Assembly: GCA_964476735.1 (NCBI GenBank)
Contig: CAYZBX010000003.1
Coordinates: 1-41,975, forward strand
DNA length: 41,975 bases
Source of the DNA: an uncultured Micrococcaceae bacterium
GTDB taxonomy: Bacteria; Actinomycetota; Actinomycetes; Actinomycetales; Micrococcaceae
Direction: 5' to 3'
Shown here one piece after another: positions 9,668-18,807 of this stretch. Made by a program: the position numbers and the translations under genes. The notes beneath the pieces were generated by a model, which had not been told where the DNA came from, ran no database searches, and worked only from the letters and a program-made list of their open reading frames with translations. The first letter of the stretch is position 1. The number at the start of each line of letters is the position of its first letter.

Positions 9668-10861
9668 GTGCCCGCAAGTCCTGTGCCCAAAAACACGGCA
9701 GTACCGAACGCCGTGGCCACCGAGCCGCTCGAGCAGACCGTGCCGCTCGTGCAGCTGCTCGCCGAGGACGGCAGCTTCACGGCGGACGACCGCTTCGCAC
9801 CCTACCTGGCGGAGCTCGACGACGCCGCCAAGTTGCGGCTGTACCGCAACATGGTGATCCCGCGCCGGCTGGACCAAGAGGCCACCTCGCTGCAGCGGCA
9901 GGGCCAGCTGGTGCTGTGGGCGCCGGGGCAGGGCCAGGAGGCTGGGCAGGCCGGCTTCGTGGCGGCGCTGGCCGACCGCGACTACATCTTCCCCACCTAC
10001 CGGGAGCACACCATGGCGCACGCCCGCGGGGTGGACATGGGCAAGCTGATGCACCTGTTCCGCGGCGTCGCCCACGGCGGCTGGGACTCCACCGAGCACA
10101 ACTTCCACATCTACACCCTGGTGCTGGCGGCGCAATCGCTGCACGCCACCGGCTACGCTATGGGAATCGCCCGGGACCAGCAGGGGTGGGACGCGGAGAA
10201 GCTGGCGGCGGAGGGCACCATCTCGGTGGCCTGCTTCGGCGACGGCGCATCCTCCGAGGGAGACGTCCACGAATCCATGGTGTTCGCCTCCTCCTACCAG
10301 CTGCCCATCATCTTCTTCCTGCAGAACAACCAGTGGGCCATCTCGGTGCCGGCGGACACCCAGTCCCGCTTCCCGTTCGCGCTGCGCGCCAAGGGCTACG
10401 GCTTCGAGGGCATCCGCTTTGACGGCAACGACGTGCTGGCGGCCTACGCCGTGGGCCGCTACGCCGCCGAACAGGCCCGCACCGGCAACGGGCCGGTGCT
10501 GCTGGAGTCCTACACCTACCGGATGGGCGCTCACACCACCGCCGATGACCCGACCAAGTACCGCACCAAGGACGAGGAAGTCGACTGGTCCAGCAAGTGC
10601 CCGATCCTGCGCTTCGAGAAGTACCTGCGGGCCGAGGGTCTGCTGACCGACGAGGATGTCGCCGCGCTGGAGGCCGAGGCCGAACAGGCCGCCATGGCGT
10701 TGCGCGAGGCCGCGCTGAGCGCCGAATCGGTGCCCATGGACGACTACTTCGACCACGTGTACGCGGAACCGCACGCGCTGATCGAGCAGGAGAAACGCTG
10801 GCACCAGGACTATCAGGCCTCCTTCGAGGACGCCGCCGATGACACCGAGGGGCAGGCCTAG
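9668..10861 (+). CDS. pdhA: 2-oxoacid dehydrogenase E1 alpha subunit (pyruvate or branched-chain)
   Basis: LQRQGQL, GQEA.Q, PTYREH, ThDP motif GDGASSEG...NNQWAIS, YRMGAHTTADDP. Confidence 0.93.
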   Translation: MPASPVPKNTAVPNAVATEPLEQTVPLVQLLAEDGSFTADDRFAPYLAELDDAAKLRLYRNMVIPRRLDQEATSLQRQGQLVLWAPGQGQEAGQAGFVAALADRDYIFPTYREHTMAHARGVDMGKLMHLFRGVAHGGWDSTEHNFHIYTLVLAAQSLHATGYAMGIARDQQGWDAEKLAAEGTISVACFGDGASSEGDVHESMVFASSYQLPIIFFLQNNQWAISVPADTQSRFPFALRAKGYGFEGIRFDGNDVLAAYAVGRYAAEQARTGNGPVLLESYTYRMGAHTTADDPTKYRTKDEEVDWSSKCPILRFEKYLRAEGLLTDEDVAALEAEAEQAAMALREAALSAESVPMDDYFDHVYAEPHALIEQEKRWHQDYQASFEDAADDTEGQA

Positions 10862-10869
10862 GGCAGAAC

Positions 10870-11862
10870 ATGACCACCAAGACTGACGTAGTAGAACTCA
10901 CCATTGCCAAGGCGATCAACCTGGCGCTGCGCCACGAGCTGGAAGCGGACGAGAAGGTCGTGCTGATGGGCGAGGACATCGGTTCGCTCGGCGGCGTGTA
11001 TCGCATCACCGAGGGCTTGAAGGCCGACTTCGGGGCGCTGCGCGTGGTGGACTCCCCGCTGGCCGAATCCGGCATCGTCGGCACCGGCATCGGGCTAGCG
11101 CTGCGCGGCTACCGGCCGGTGGTGGAGATCCAGTTCGACGGGTTCGTCTTCCCAGCGTTCAACCAGATCACCACCCAGCTGGCCAAGATGCACGCCCGCA
11201 GCGGCGGTCAGCTGAACGTGCCGATGACCATCCGCATCCCGTACGGTGGCGGCATCGGCTCGGTGGAACACCACTCCGAGTCTCCGGAGGCGCTCTTCGC
11301 GCACACCGCGGGGCTGCGCATCCTGACCCCGTCGAACGCGCACGACGCCTACTGGCTGACCCGGCAGGCAATCCAGAGCGCGGACCCGGTCATCATCTTT
11401 GAACCCAAGCGGCGCTACTGGCTCAAGGGGCAGGTCAACCTGTCCTCCCCGGAGCTGCCGCGCGACGCCGCCCAAGTGGTGCGCGAAGGCACCGACGCGA
11501 CTATCGCCTGCTACGGGCCGCTGGTGCCGGTGGCGTTGGCCGCCGCGCTCGCGGCCGAGGAGGAGGACCGATCGGTGGAGGTCATCGACCTGCGCAGCGT
11601 CTCCCCGGTGGACTTCGTCACCCTCGCCCACTCGGTGGAAAAGACCGGCCGGATGATCGTCGCGCACGAGGCGCCGACATTCGGCGGCATCGGCGGGGAG
11701 ATCGCCGCCCGGTTGACCGAGGAACTGTTCTTGGCGCTGGAGGCCCCCATCGTCCGGGTGGGCGGCTTCCACATGCCGTACCCGGCCGCCGCCATCGAAG
11801 ACCAATACCTGCCGGACATTGACCGCATGCTCGAGGCCCTCGACCGGGTCTTCAGCTACTAA
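10870..11862 (+). CDS. pdhB: 2-oxoacid dehydrogenase E1 beta subunit
   Basis: GEDIG..GGVYR.T.GL, DSPLAESGIVG, EIQFDGF, EHHSESPE, FEPKR.Y, IDLRS. Confidence 0.94.
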   Translation: MTTKTDVVELTIAKAINLALRHELEADEKVVLMGEDIGSLGGVYRITEGLKADFGALRVVDSPLAESGIVGTGIGLALRGYRPVVEIQFDGFVFPAFNQITTQLAKMHARSGGQLNVPMTIRIPYGGGIGSVEHHSESPEALFAHTAGLRILTPSNAHDAYWLTRQAIQSADPVIIFEPKRRYWLKGQVNLSSPELPRDAAQVVREGTDATIACYGPLVPVALAAALAAEEEDRSVEVIDLRSVSPVDFVTLAHSVEKTGRMIVAHEAPTFGGIGGEIAARLTEELFLALEAPIVRVGGFHMPYPAAAIEDQYLPDIDRMLEALDRVFSY

Positions 11863-11885
11863 GCCGGGAAGAGTGAGAAGCAACA

Positions 11886-13307
11886 GTGCAAACCTTTAAC
11901 CTTCCAGACGTGGGCGAAGGCCTGACCGAGGCGGAGATCGTCTCGTGGAAAGTCGCCCGCGGAGACACCGTCAAGCTCAACCAGGTGCTGGTGGAGATCG
12001 AGACCGCCAAGTCCCTCGTGGAACTACCCTCCCCGTACGCCGGAACCGTGGACGCGTTGCTGGCCGCCGAGGGCGAGACCGTGGAGGTCGGCGCGCCGAT
12101 CATCCGCATCGCCACCGGAGCTGCCGAGGACAACCAGACCGAGCTGCCGGTTCCCGGCGACGACGTGGCCGCCGCCACTGGCAAGGCGGAGGCGCAGGCC
12201 GTGGCCGCGGAGGCCGAACAGGGCCAGGCCCTCGTCGGCTCGGGGCCCAAGGCCGACGCCGTGAAGCGCCGGGCGCGCCGAAACCGCCCGGCCGCCGGCG
12301 CCAAGTCCCCCAAACGCGACGGCGCGCAGAAGGCCCAGGCCACCGCCCACCTGCCGCTGCAGGACCCCACCCTAGTCACCACCGACGACCGCGCCAACTT
12401 TGTGCCCGGCCGGGTCGCCGCGCTCTGGGGCAAGGTCATGGCCAAGCCGCCGGTGCGCCGCATCGCCAAGGAGCTGGGCATCAACATCGCCGACGTCACC
12501 GGCACCGGCGCCCGCGGCGAGGTCACCCGCGAGGATGTGGAGAACTACCTGCTGGAGCGGGACCGCAACCTGGAGGCGGCCCCCACCTTCTGGGTGCCGG
12601 AGACCGCCGGCCAAGACCAGCGCATCGAACGGGTGCCGGTCAAGGGCGTCCGCAAGGCGACCGCCAAGGCGGTGGCCGATTCGGCGTTCAGCGCCCCGCA
12701 CGTGTCCATCTTCGTCGACGTGGACGCCTCCCGTACCATGGAGTTTGTCCAGCGCCTGAAGGAATCCAAGGACTTCGAGGGCGTCAAGGTCACCCCGCTG
12801 CTGATCCTCGCAAAGGCCGTGATCTGGGCGGCAGCACGCAACCCGCACGTCAACGCCTCCTGGACCGACGAGGAGATCCTCGTCAAGCGCTACATGAACC
12901 TCGGCATCGCCGCCGCCACCCCGCGCGGGCTGCTGGTGCCCAACATCAAGAACGCGCACAAGCTGTCCCTGAAGGAACTGGCCATCGAGCTGAACAACCT
13001 AGCCCGCCGGGCCCGGGACGGCAAGACCCAGCCGGCCGAGATGTCCGACGGCACGATTTCCATCACCAACATCGGCGCCCTCGGCATCGACATCGGCACC
13101 CCGATCATCAACAAGGGCGAGGTCGCCATCGTCGCCTTCGGCACCATCAAGCAGAAGCCGTGGGTGGTCTCCGGGGAGGTCATCCCGCGCTGGATCACCA
13201 CCCTGGGCGGCTCCTTCGACCACCGCGTGGTGGACGGCGACCTGTCCGCCCGGTTCATGGCCGACGTCGCCGCCATCATGGAGGAACCGGCGCTGCTGCT
13301 GGAGTAG
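11886..13307 (+). CDS. pdhC: Dihydrolipoamide acyltransferase (E2)
   Basis: Lipoyl domain LPDVGEGL...IETAKS, E3-binding domain [18 protein letters not shown], catalytic FDHRVVDG. Confidence 0.94.
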   Translation: MQTFNLPDVGEGLTEAEIVSWKVARGDTVKLNQVLVEIETAKSLVELPSPYAGTVDALLAAEGETVEVGAPIIRIATGAAEDNQTELPVPGDDVAAATGKAEAQAVAAEAEQGQALVGSGPKADAVKRRARRNRPAAGAKSPKRDGAQKAQATAHLPLQDPTLVTTDDRANFVPGRVAALWGKVMAKPPVRRIAKELGINIADVTGTGARGEVTREDVENYLLERDRNLEAAPTFWVPETAGQDQRIERVPVKGVRKATAKAVADSAFSAPHVSIFVDVDASRTMEFVQRLKESKDFEGVKVTPLLILAKAVIWAAARNPHVNASWTDEEILVKRYMNLGIAAATPRGLLVPNIKNAHKLSLKELAIELNNLARRARDGKTQPAEMSDGTISITNIGALGIDIGTPIINKGEVAIVAFGTIKQKPWVVSGEVIPRWITTLGGSFDHRVVDGDLSARFMADVAAIMEEPALLLE

Positions 13308-13310
13308 CCG

Positions 13311-14180
13311 ATGGCCCCCGAACCCGTAGTGCCCCCGCGCCTCGGGGTGATGAACTCGACCCTGCCGGAGATGCTGCCGGCCCAGTTCGCGGCGGCCGCG
13401 GCCGAAGCCGGCTACGACTTTGTCTCACTGCGGATTGCCACCAGCCGGGCCGGTGAGCCGTTCCGCTTGCTGCCGGGCACCCCGGAGATGGCCGAGACCA
13501 AGCAGGTGCTGGCGGAGACCGGGCTGCCGGTGGTGGACCTAGAGTTCGCCACCTTCACGGCCAAGACACGGCCGGAGCATTGGCGGTGGATGCTGGAGAC
13601 CGCCGTCGAGCTGGGCGCGGACTACCTGAACGCCGGCTGCAAGCACGCGGACCGGGAGTTGTTCGCCGAGCAGGCTGCCGCACTCGACGCCGCCGCCGGG
13701 GAGGCCGGGGTGCGGGTGCTGCTGGAACCCATCAAGTTCTACTCCGAACTGGACTACGCGGAGATGGCGCGGTTGGCGCGGCAACTGCCCAACACCGGGA
13801 TTCTGTTGGACGCGCTGCAACTTTACCGCTTCGTGATCAAGACCCCCACCGACACCCTCGAGCAGGTGCGGGCACAGGCCTTGGCGGATGTGCGGGCGCT
13901 CGCCGTGCAGACCGGCGTGTACCAGCTCTGCGACATCGACGTGCTGCACCCGGATGCCGCCGGTGACGCGGAGTCGCTGAGGTTCTTCGAACACGAGGCG
14001 CGGTTCGCCCGGGCGCTGCCCGGCAGCGGTTTCGCCGAGCTGGGCAAGATCGCTGAGCTGTTGCCGGCTGCCACCCCGATCAGCATCGAATCCCCGAACG
14101 CCGAGGTGGCTGCGCGCATGGGCGGGGTCGGCTACTTGCGTGAATTGCGCCGTCGTGCCCTGCAGACCCTTCGGCAGTAG
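13311..14180 (+). CDS. Xylose-isomerase-like TIM-barrel protein (sugar phosphate isomerase/epimerase family)
   Basis: AAEAGYDFVSLR, LLEP, LLDALQ, QLCD, R.LPGSG, ISIE.P. Confidence 0.75.
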   Translation: MAPEPVVPPRLGVMNSTLPEMLPAQFAAAAAEAGYDFVSLRIATSRAGEPFRLLPGTPEMAETKQVLAETGLPVVDLEFATFTAKTRPEHWRWMLETAVELGADYLNAGCKHADRELFAEQAAALDAAAGEAGVRVLLEPIKFYSELDYAEMARLARQLPNTGILLDALQLYRFVIKTPTDTLEQVRAQALADVRALAVQTGVYQLCDIDVLHPDAAGDAESLRFFEHEARFARALPGSGFAELGKIAELLPAATPISIESPNAEVAARMGGVGYLRELRRRALQTLRQ

Positions 14181-14268
14181 TTGTTTGAGACAGGGTTGTT
14201 GGGGGTAGGGTTCTCCAGTTTTCCGCGGTGGAACCGCTCGGTGGCTGGTTGGGCTGTCCGGATGACCG

Positions 14269-15990
14269 TCAGAACGGTGGCGGCTCGTCGTTTTCGGCGC
14301 GATAGGCCCGCCAAGCTTTGGGATCGAGCGGGAATGCGGGCCGGCTGATGCGTGGTTGTTCGCCGGTGGGATCGCGGAACTCAAGAACGCCGTCGCCGTC
14401 GTCGGGTAGCAGCCGTTCCTGATACCAGCCGGCGCTCTTGCCCCGGTGGTGTTCGGCGCACTTGGCCACCACCTCTGCATACCCGGTGTGTCCGTTGTTG
14501 ACCCACGGAGTGACATGATCCATCTCCGCCGCCGTGGCCGGTGCGCGGCAGCCGGGATGCCGGCACGTCTGATCACGCAACAGGATGAGTTCGCGGACGC
14601 TTTGCGGCACGCGGTAGCTCTTGCGCCCGACGCCCAAGGGGTAGCCGGTGATGGGATCGGTCAGGATGGCTCGGAAGACGCTGGCGCGGGCCACGAGTTC
14701 CGCGGAAGACGCGGTGCCGGGGACCAGATCCGTGCCGAGGAGCCGGACGCTGGCGCCGGAATCCAGCAGCCCGGGCGGGTGTGCGGTCTTCCGGTCCCGG
14801 GCCGGGGTGGCGTAGAACCTCCGGTTGCGTTCCGCCTGTTCCCACAACTGCGGGTAATGCTCGCGCAGGAAGAGCATCCGGTCCGGGTCGAGGACGCCGC
14901 CAAGCTTGATCAGCTCGGGCAGCGTGACCAGCACCATGACGGTGGTTCCCGGCGCGCTGGTCGCCGCCGGCGGGGACTCGTTGCCCGCCGATTCGGCCAG
15001 CGTCGGAAGCGGCTCCTGGGTGGAGCTTTGGGCCGCGGCGACCGCAGAATCGGCCGGTGGCGTGGCCGCGACGGCTTGTGGCTCTGCGGTGCCGGCCCCG
15101 CCTAGCAGCCGATCCACCAGCAGGTCCGCTTCCACGTTGGCTGGGGAACGGTCGGCGGTCTTCCCTTGGGCGCGCAGCTGCTGCGCCTGGGCGGTGAGTC
15201 GTTGCTGGATCTGCGCGGCCTCGGCCGCGTCGATCAAGGCGTACAGGTGGGCCATCCCGTCCGAGGCCGCGGTGACCCGAATGTGGCGGCGTTGGCGTGC
15301 GGACTTTTGGCGTTGGGCCGACGGTACCGGGTGATGTTGGTTCTGCAGCGTGGCGGCCCGGGAGCGAAGGTCTTCGGTCGGCAGCCCACGGCCGGCGAGC
15401 TTGGTCAGCTCCTGACCGAGGGCATCCTTGGCGTTGTCGGTGCGGCGCGCGGTCTGCGGAAAGTCTTCGGGCTCCGGTGCCGGTTTTTCCGGCCGGCCGT
15501 CTGGTGGGTTGTCCGCTTGGCTGGCCGACGGCGTCGGTTTGGTCGGCGGCTGGATAGCCGCGAGCTTCTGCGCGAGGATCTCCACCTCGGACACGGTGCA
15601 CGCGCCGGCCTCGAGCTTGTCGAGCAGCTCGGGGGCGTGCTGGTGCAGGTTGACGGTGAGCCGCAGCAGCCTCGTCGCCTCCCGCTTGGGCAGGGTGGAT
15701 TGCTGCAGCAGCTGGGCCTCGGCCTTGCGCCGCAGGCGCCCGTTGCGAGCTTCCAGATAGCCGACGGTGACCCCGGCCGCGTCGAGTTTGGCGTCTTCCT
15801 GCCGGGCCAGCGAGACCAGCTTGCGTTGGAAGCGGCGCAGCCGTTGCGCGTACAGGTAGCCGTGGAGCTGGTCTTCCTCGGCGAGCACCCACGGAGCCGC
15901 GGCGGTGGCGTCAGCAGCCTGGATGCTGTTCAGGCAGCCGTGCGGGTCGATGCTGCCGGTTGTCTCTGTTGCGTGGCTGGCCGCAGTCAT
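14269..15990 (-). CDS. DUF222-domain / HNH endonuclease protein (13E12-repeat-like)
   Basis: DGMAHLYAL, LTDP.TG.PL..GR.SYR.P, RDQTCRHPGC, DHVTPW, C.EHH..K and the C-terminal PPPF typical of this actinobacterial family. Confidence 0.85.
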   Translation of the reverse strand: MTAASHATETTGSIDPHGCLNSIQAADATAAAPWVLAEEDQLHGYLYAQRLRRFQRKLVSLARQEDAKLDAAGVTVGYLEARNGRLRRKAEAQLLQQSTLPKREATRLLRLTVNLHQHAPELLDKLEAGACTVSEVEILAQKLAAIQPPTKPTPSASQADNPPDGRPEKPAPEPEDFPQTARRTDNAKDALGQELTKLAGRGLPTEDLRSRAATLQNQHHPVPSAQRQKSARQRRHIRVTAASDGMAHLYALIDAAEAAQIQQRLTAQAQQLRAQGKTADRSPANVEADLLVDRLLGGAGTAEPQAVAATPPADSAVAAAQSSTQEPLPTLAESAGNESPPAATSAPGTTVMVLVTLPELIKLGGVLDPDRMLFLREHYPQLWEQAERNRRFYATPARDRKTAHPPGLLDSGASVRLLGTDLVPGTASSAELVARASVFRAILTDPITGYPLGVGRKSYRVPQSVRELILLRDQTCRHPGCRAPATAAEMDHVTPWVNNGHTGYAEVVAKCAEHHRGKSAGWYQERLLPDDGDGVLEFRDPTGEQPRISRPAFPLDPKAWRAYRAENDEPPPF

Positions 15991-16230
15991 CGTCCTGCAC
16001 CTCCTGACGGTTCGTGAGTGAACTGGCCTGATGTGAGCGATCGTACGGAGCCGGGGATGCCTGTTACGGGCCAGAGGAGCGGCCCGACCGGCCTGTGGCC
16101 GAGGCCGGAGCCCGTGTGGAGAAGTCGGGGATTTTGGCCTAGTCCTTGTGAGGGGTGGGAAACTGCGACACGATTAACCACATGGCCCCGTGAGCAGGGG
16201 GCTTTCGCATCGGCAGAAACGGGGTGCAGC

Positions 16231-16896
16231 GTGGGCAAGCCAACCGAAGCGGTCCTCGTCGTCGGTGGGACCGGCGCCCTCGGCGGCGTGTTGGTGCCGC
16301 GGCTCGCCCGCGCCGGCTACCACGTCATGGTGTACAGCAGGCGCCCGGTGGCGGGCGAACGCTACGAGCTGCCCAATGTCACGGTGCACGTGGGGGAGCT
16401 GGACGATGATTGGTTCAGCTGGCGGCTGATCAACGAAACCCAAGATTACGCGCAGCGATTGCGCGGAGCCGTGTTCATCAACGGGTCCTACCAGCAGGAC
16501 CGCGGGGTGGGTGCCTCGCAATTCACGCAGTACCTGCGGGATCTCATGGAGGACAACGTGTACCCGGTTACGCGCCTGTTGGAGGTGTTGGGTCCGTTCT
16601 GGCGTCAGCAGCTCGGCGGCCGCCTCGTGGTGACCAGCGCGGCAGCGGCAGAGCGGCCCACAGCCAACCGGGGCGCCTACGCGATCGCCAAGGCCGCGGT
16701 GCGCGACGTCGCCAGACAGGTGGGCGTGGAGTTCCAGCCCGAAGAGATCGAGGCGCACGTGTTGGCGCCCCGCATCATCGGCGAACGCATCGGGCAGAAC
16801 ACCCCGTTGGAGCTCTCGGAGGAGGCCCTCGCGTTTCTTCGTGCTGAGCCGAGGAAGGTGCCGGCCACCGGACCGATACCGCGGCTGCACGGTTAA
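16231..16896 (+). CDS. Atypical SDR-family NAD(P)-dependent oxidoreductase
   Basis: VLVVGGTGALG, TSA, YAIAK. GTG start at 16231 chosen just before the Rossmann motif. Confidence 0.75.
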   Translation: MGKPTEAVLVVGGTGALGGVLVPRLARAGYHVMVYSRRPVAGERYELPNVTVHVGELDDDWFSWRLINETQDYAQRLRGAVFINGSYQQDRGVGASQFTQYLRDLMEDNVYPVTRLLEVLGPFWRQQLGGRLVVTSAAAAERPTANRGAYAIAKAAVRDVARQVGVEFQPEEIEAHVLAPRIIGERIGQNTPLELSEEALAFLRAEPRKVPATGPIPRLHG

Positions 16897-16968
16897 ATGA
16901 CAGACTATTAAGCGCATTTCTCCGGGATTTATAATTCTTCCCGGAATGCCTCATAAAGTGGAACCTAA

Positions 16969-17086
16969 GAATCATGAGATCCGACGCGAAGCTCTGGCTG
17001 GTCGGACGGCAACCCTCTGCTGGTAGTGGGGTGCCCCAGATGAAGATTCGGCCGGCGGTGAGCCTTCATCGCACGGTAAGTACGGC
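16969..17086 (+). ncRNA. SAM-IV riboswitch (copy 1)
   Basis: TCATGAG..., core CGGCAACCCTC...GTGGGGTGCCCC; P1 GAATC/GATTC, P2 TCCGAC/GTCGGA, pseudoknot TCTGG/CCAGA, P4 GCGGTGA/TCATCGC; upstream of a sulfur-scavenging operon. Confidence 0.88.
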
Positions 17087-17346
17087 CCCAACGCGAGGCA
17101 CCGGAAACAGCAGATCTTGCCGGTCCCAGCGCGTTGCATGATCGCAAAGGAACCCTTCCCGTCATGACCTAGGCGCGATTTCGCGCGCCACAAACCACCC
17201 ATCACCGCTTGACGCGTCCGCACACTCTGGCACCTTCGGCCGCCAGCGACAAAAAGACGACACGGTCAAAGCGTTCCTCTCGCACACCCAAAAACACCTT
17301 GAATGCACTCAAAAATGGCATTCCAGGGAGATTAAAGGATATTTAG

Positions 17347-18807
17347 ATGCCTCACCTCAGTGAAAACGGAGCCAGGAAGAAACTCCATTTCAACGCTTTT
17401 GTGATGAATACGACGAGCCACATCCACCACGGGCAGTGGCGCCGCCCGGACGCCCATCAGGGCGATTACACCGACGTCAAGCTGTGGATCGACGTCGCCA
17501 AGACCTTAGAGAAGGCCAAGTTTGACGCGATCTTCTTCGCCGACGTCTCCGGACACTACGGCGACGCCGACGCGCCCATCGACCATTACCTCGAGGAGGG
17601 GCTGCAGATCCCGTCCAACGACCCGACGGTGCTGCTGAGCGCGCTCGCGGTCAACACGGAACATCTGGGGTTGGCGACCACCTCGAACGTGTTCCAGAAT
17701 CACCCGTTCAACTTCGCCCGGCAGCTGTCTACACTGGACCACATTTCCGCCGGTCGGATCGCCTGGAACATCGTGACCGGCACGCAGGACAACGGGGCGC
17801 GGAACTACGGCCTAGCGCAGCTGACGGACCACGCCGAGCGGTACCGCTGGGCCGAGGAGTACGTGGACGTCGCCTACAAGCTGTGGGAGGGATCCTGGGA
17901 CGACGGCGCCGTGCTGTACGACAAGGCTGGGGCGCGCTATTCGGATCCGGCCAAGGTGCACAAGATCCACCACCAGGGCGAACGCTACGCGGTGGAGGGA
18001 CCGCACTTGCCGGCACCGTCGCCGCAGCGCACCCCGCTGCTGTTCCAAGCCGGCTCCTCGGTGTCCGGGCGCGACTTCGCCGCGCGCAACGCCGAGGCGA
18101 CCTTCATCATCGCCGGCTCCCCGGAGCTGGCTCGCCAGCAGATCGCGGACACCCGCGAGCGGGCGGTGCGCTACGGGCGCAAACCCGAGGACATCAAGTT
18201 CTTTCAGGGTCTGAGCTTCATCATCGGGGACACCGAGGCCGAGGCGCAGGCCAAGGCAGCCGAGTACCTGGAGTACGTGAGCTCGCGCGGCTACCTCTCG
18301 CACGCCGCCATCGTCGACCCCGACGGCCGCGTCTACCCGCCGGAGACCCCGCTGCGTCAAGTGCAGACCAACACCATGAAGGGGTTCACCGAATGGATCC
18401 TGAAGGAGCAGACGGACCGGGAGCCGGTGGTGGCGGACTTCGCCAAACGGCTCTCGCAGCGGCAGACGATCGTGGGCACCCCGGAGCAGATCGCCGATGA
18501 GCTGCAGCGGTGGGCCGATGCCGGCATCGACGGGGTGAACGTGACCAACTGGGTGCTGCCCGGGTCCTTCATCGAGTTTGCCGAAAAGCTCACCCCGGTG
18601 CTGCAGGAGCGCGGGCTGGCGCAGCGCGACTACGCACCCGGGACCCTGCGCCACAAGCTGTTCGGCGCGGACACCCTGAATGAGCGGCACCCCGCCGCCA
18701 AGTACCGCGGGGCATTTGCCCCGGGCGGCTGGGCCGCCGAGGAGATTCTGCGCCGGCAGGCCGACGCGGCCGCGGATGCGGAGACCTTTGCGGGGGTTAA
18801 CCGATGA
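17347..18807 (+). CDS. NtaA/DmoA/SnaA-family FMNH2-dependent (luciferase-like) monooxygenase
   Basis: LE.AKFDAIFFAD, ARQLSTLDHISAGRIAWNIVT, KLWEGSW, SPQRTPLLFQAGSS..GRDFAA..AE, GTPEQIADEL, P.LQ.RG...DY..GTLR..LFG. Confidence 0.93.
   Translation: MPHLSENGARKKLHFNAFVMNTTSHIHHGQWRRPDAHQGDYTDVKLWIDVAKTLEKAKFDAIFFADVSGHYGDADAPIDHYLEEGLQIPSNDPTVLLSALAVNTEHLGLATTSNVFQNHPFNFARQLSTLDHISAGRIAWNIVTGTQDNGARNYGLAQLTDHAERYRWAEEYVDVAYKLWEGSWDDGAVLYDKAGARYSDPAKVHKIHHQGERYAVEGPHLPAPSPQRTPLLFQAGSSVSGRDFAARNAEATFIIAGSPELARQQIADTRERAVRYGRKPEDIKFFQGLSFIIGDTEAEAQAKAAEYLEYVSSRGYLSHAAIVDPDGRVYPPETPLRQVQTNTMKGFTEWILKEQTDREPVVADFAKRLSQRQTIVGTPEQIADELQRWADAGIDGVNVTNWVLPGSFIEFAEKLTPVLQERGLAQRDYAPGTLRHKLFGADTLNERHPAAKYRGAFAPGGWAAEEILRRQADAAADAETFAGVNR

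Noticed and set aside
9014-10804. Long antisense or alternate-frame ORFs (also 11945-13456, 14573-15892, 32931-34232, 35917-37782, 37427-38863)
   Set aside because: Shadows of real genes caused by GC3 bias; Arg/Pro/Gly-rich with no recognisable motifs.
16921-16945. TCCGGGA/TCCCGGA hairpin with TATAAT in the loop
   Set aside because: Could be a terminator for the SDR or a promoter element; too short to assign, and TAAAGT at 16954 is better spaced for the riboswitch start.
16965-17223. Short minus-strand ORFs over riboswitch 1 that share peptide similarity with ORFs at 40451-40675
   Set aside because: The similarity is just the antisense translation of the two riboswitch copies.
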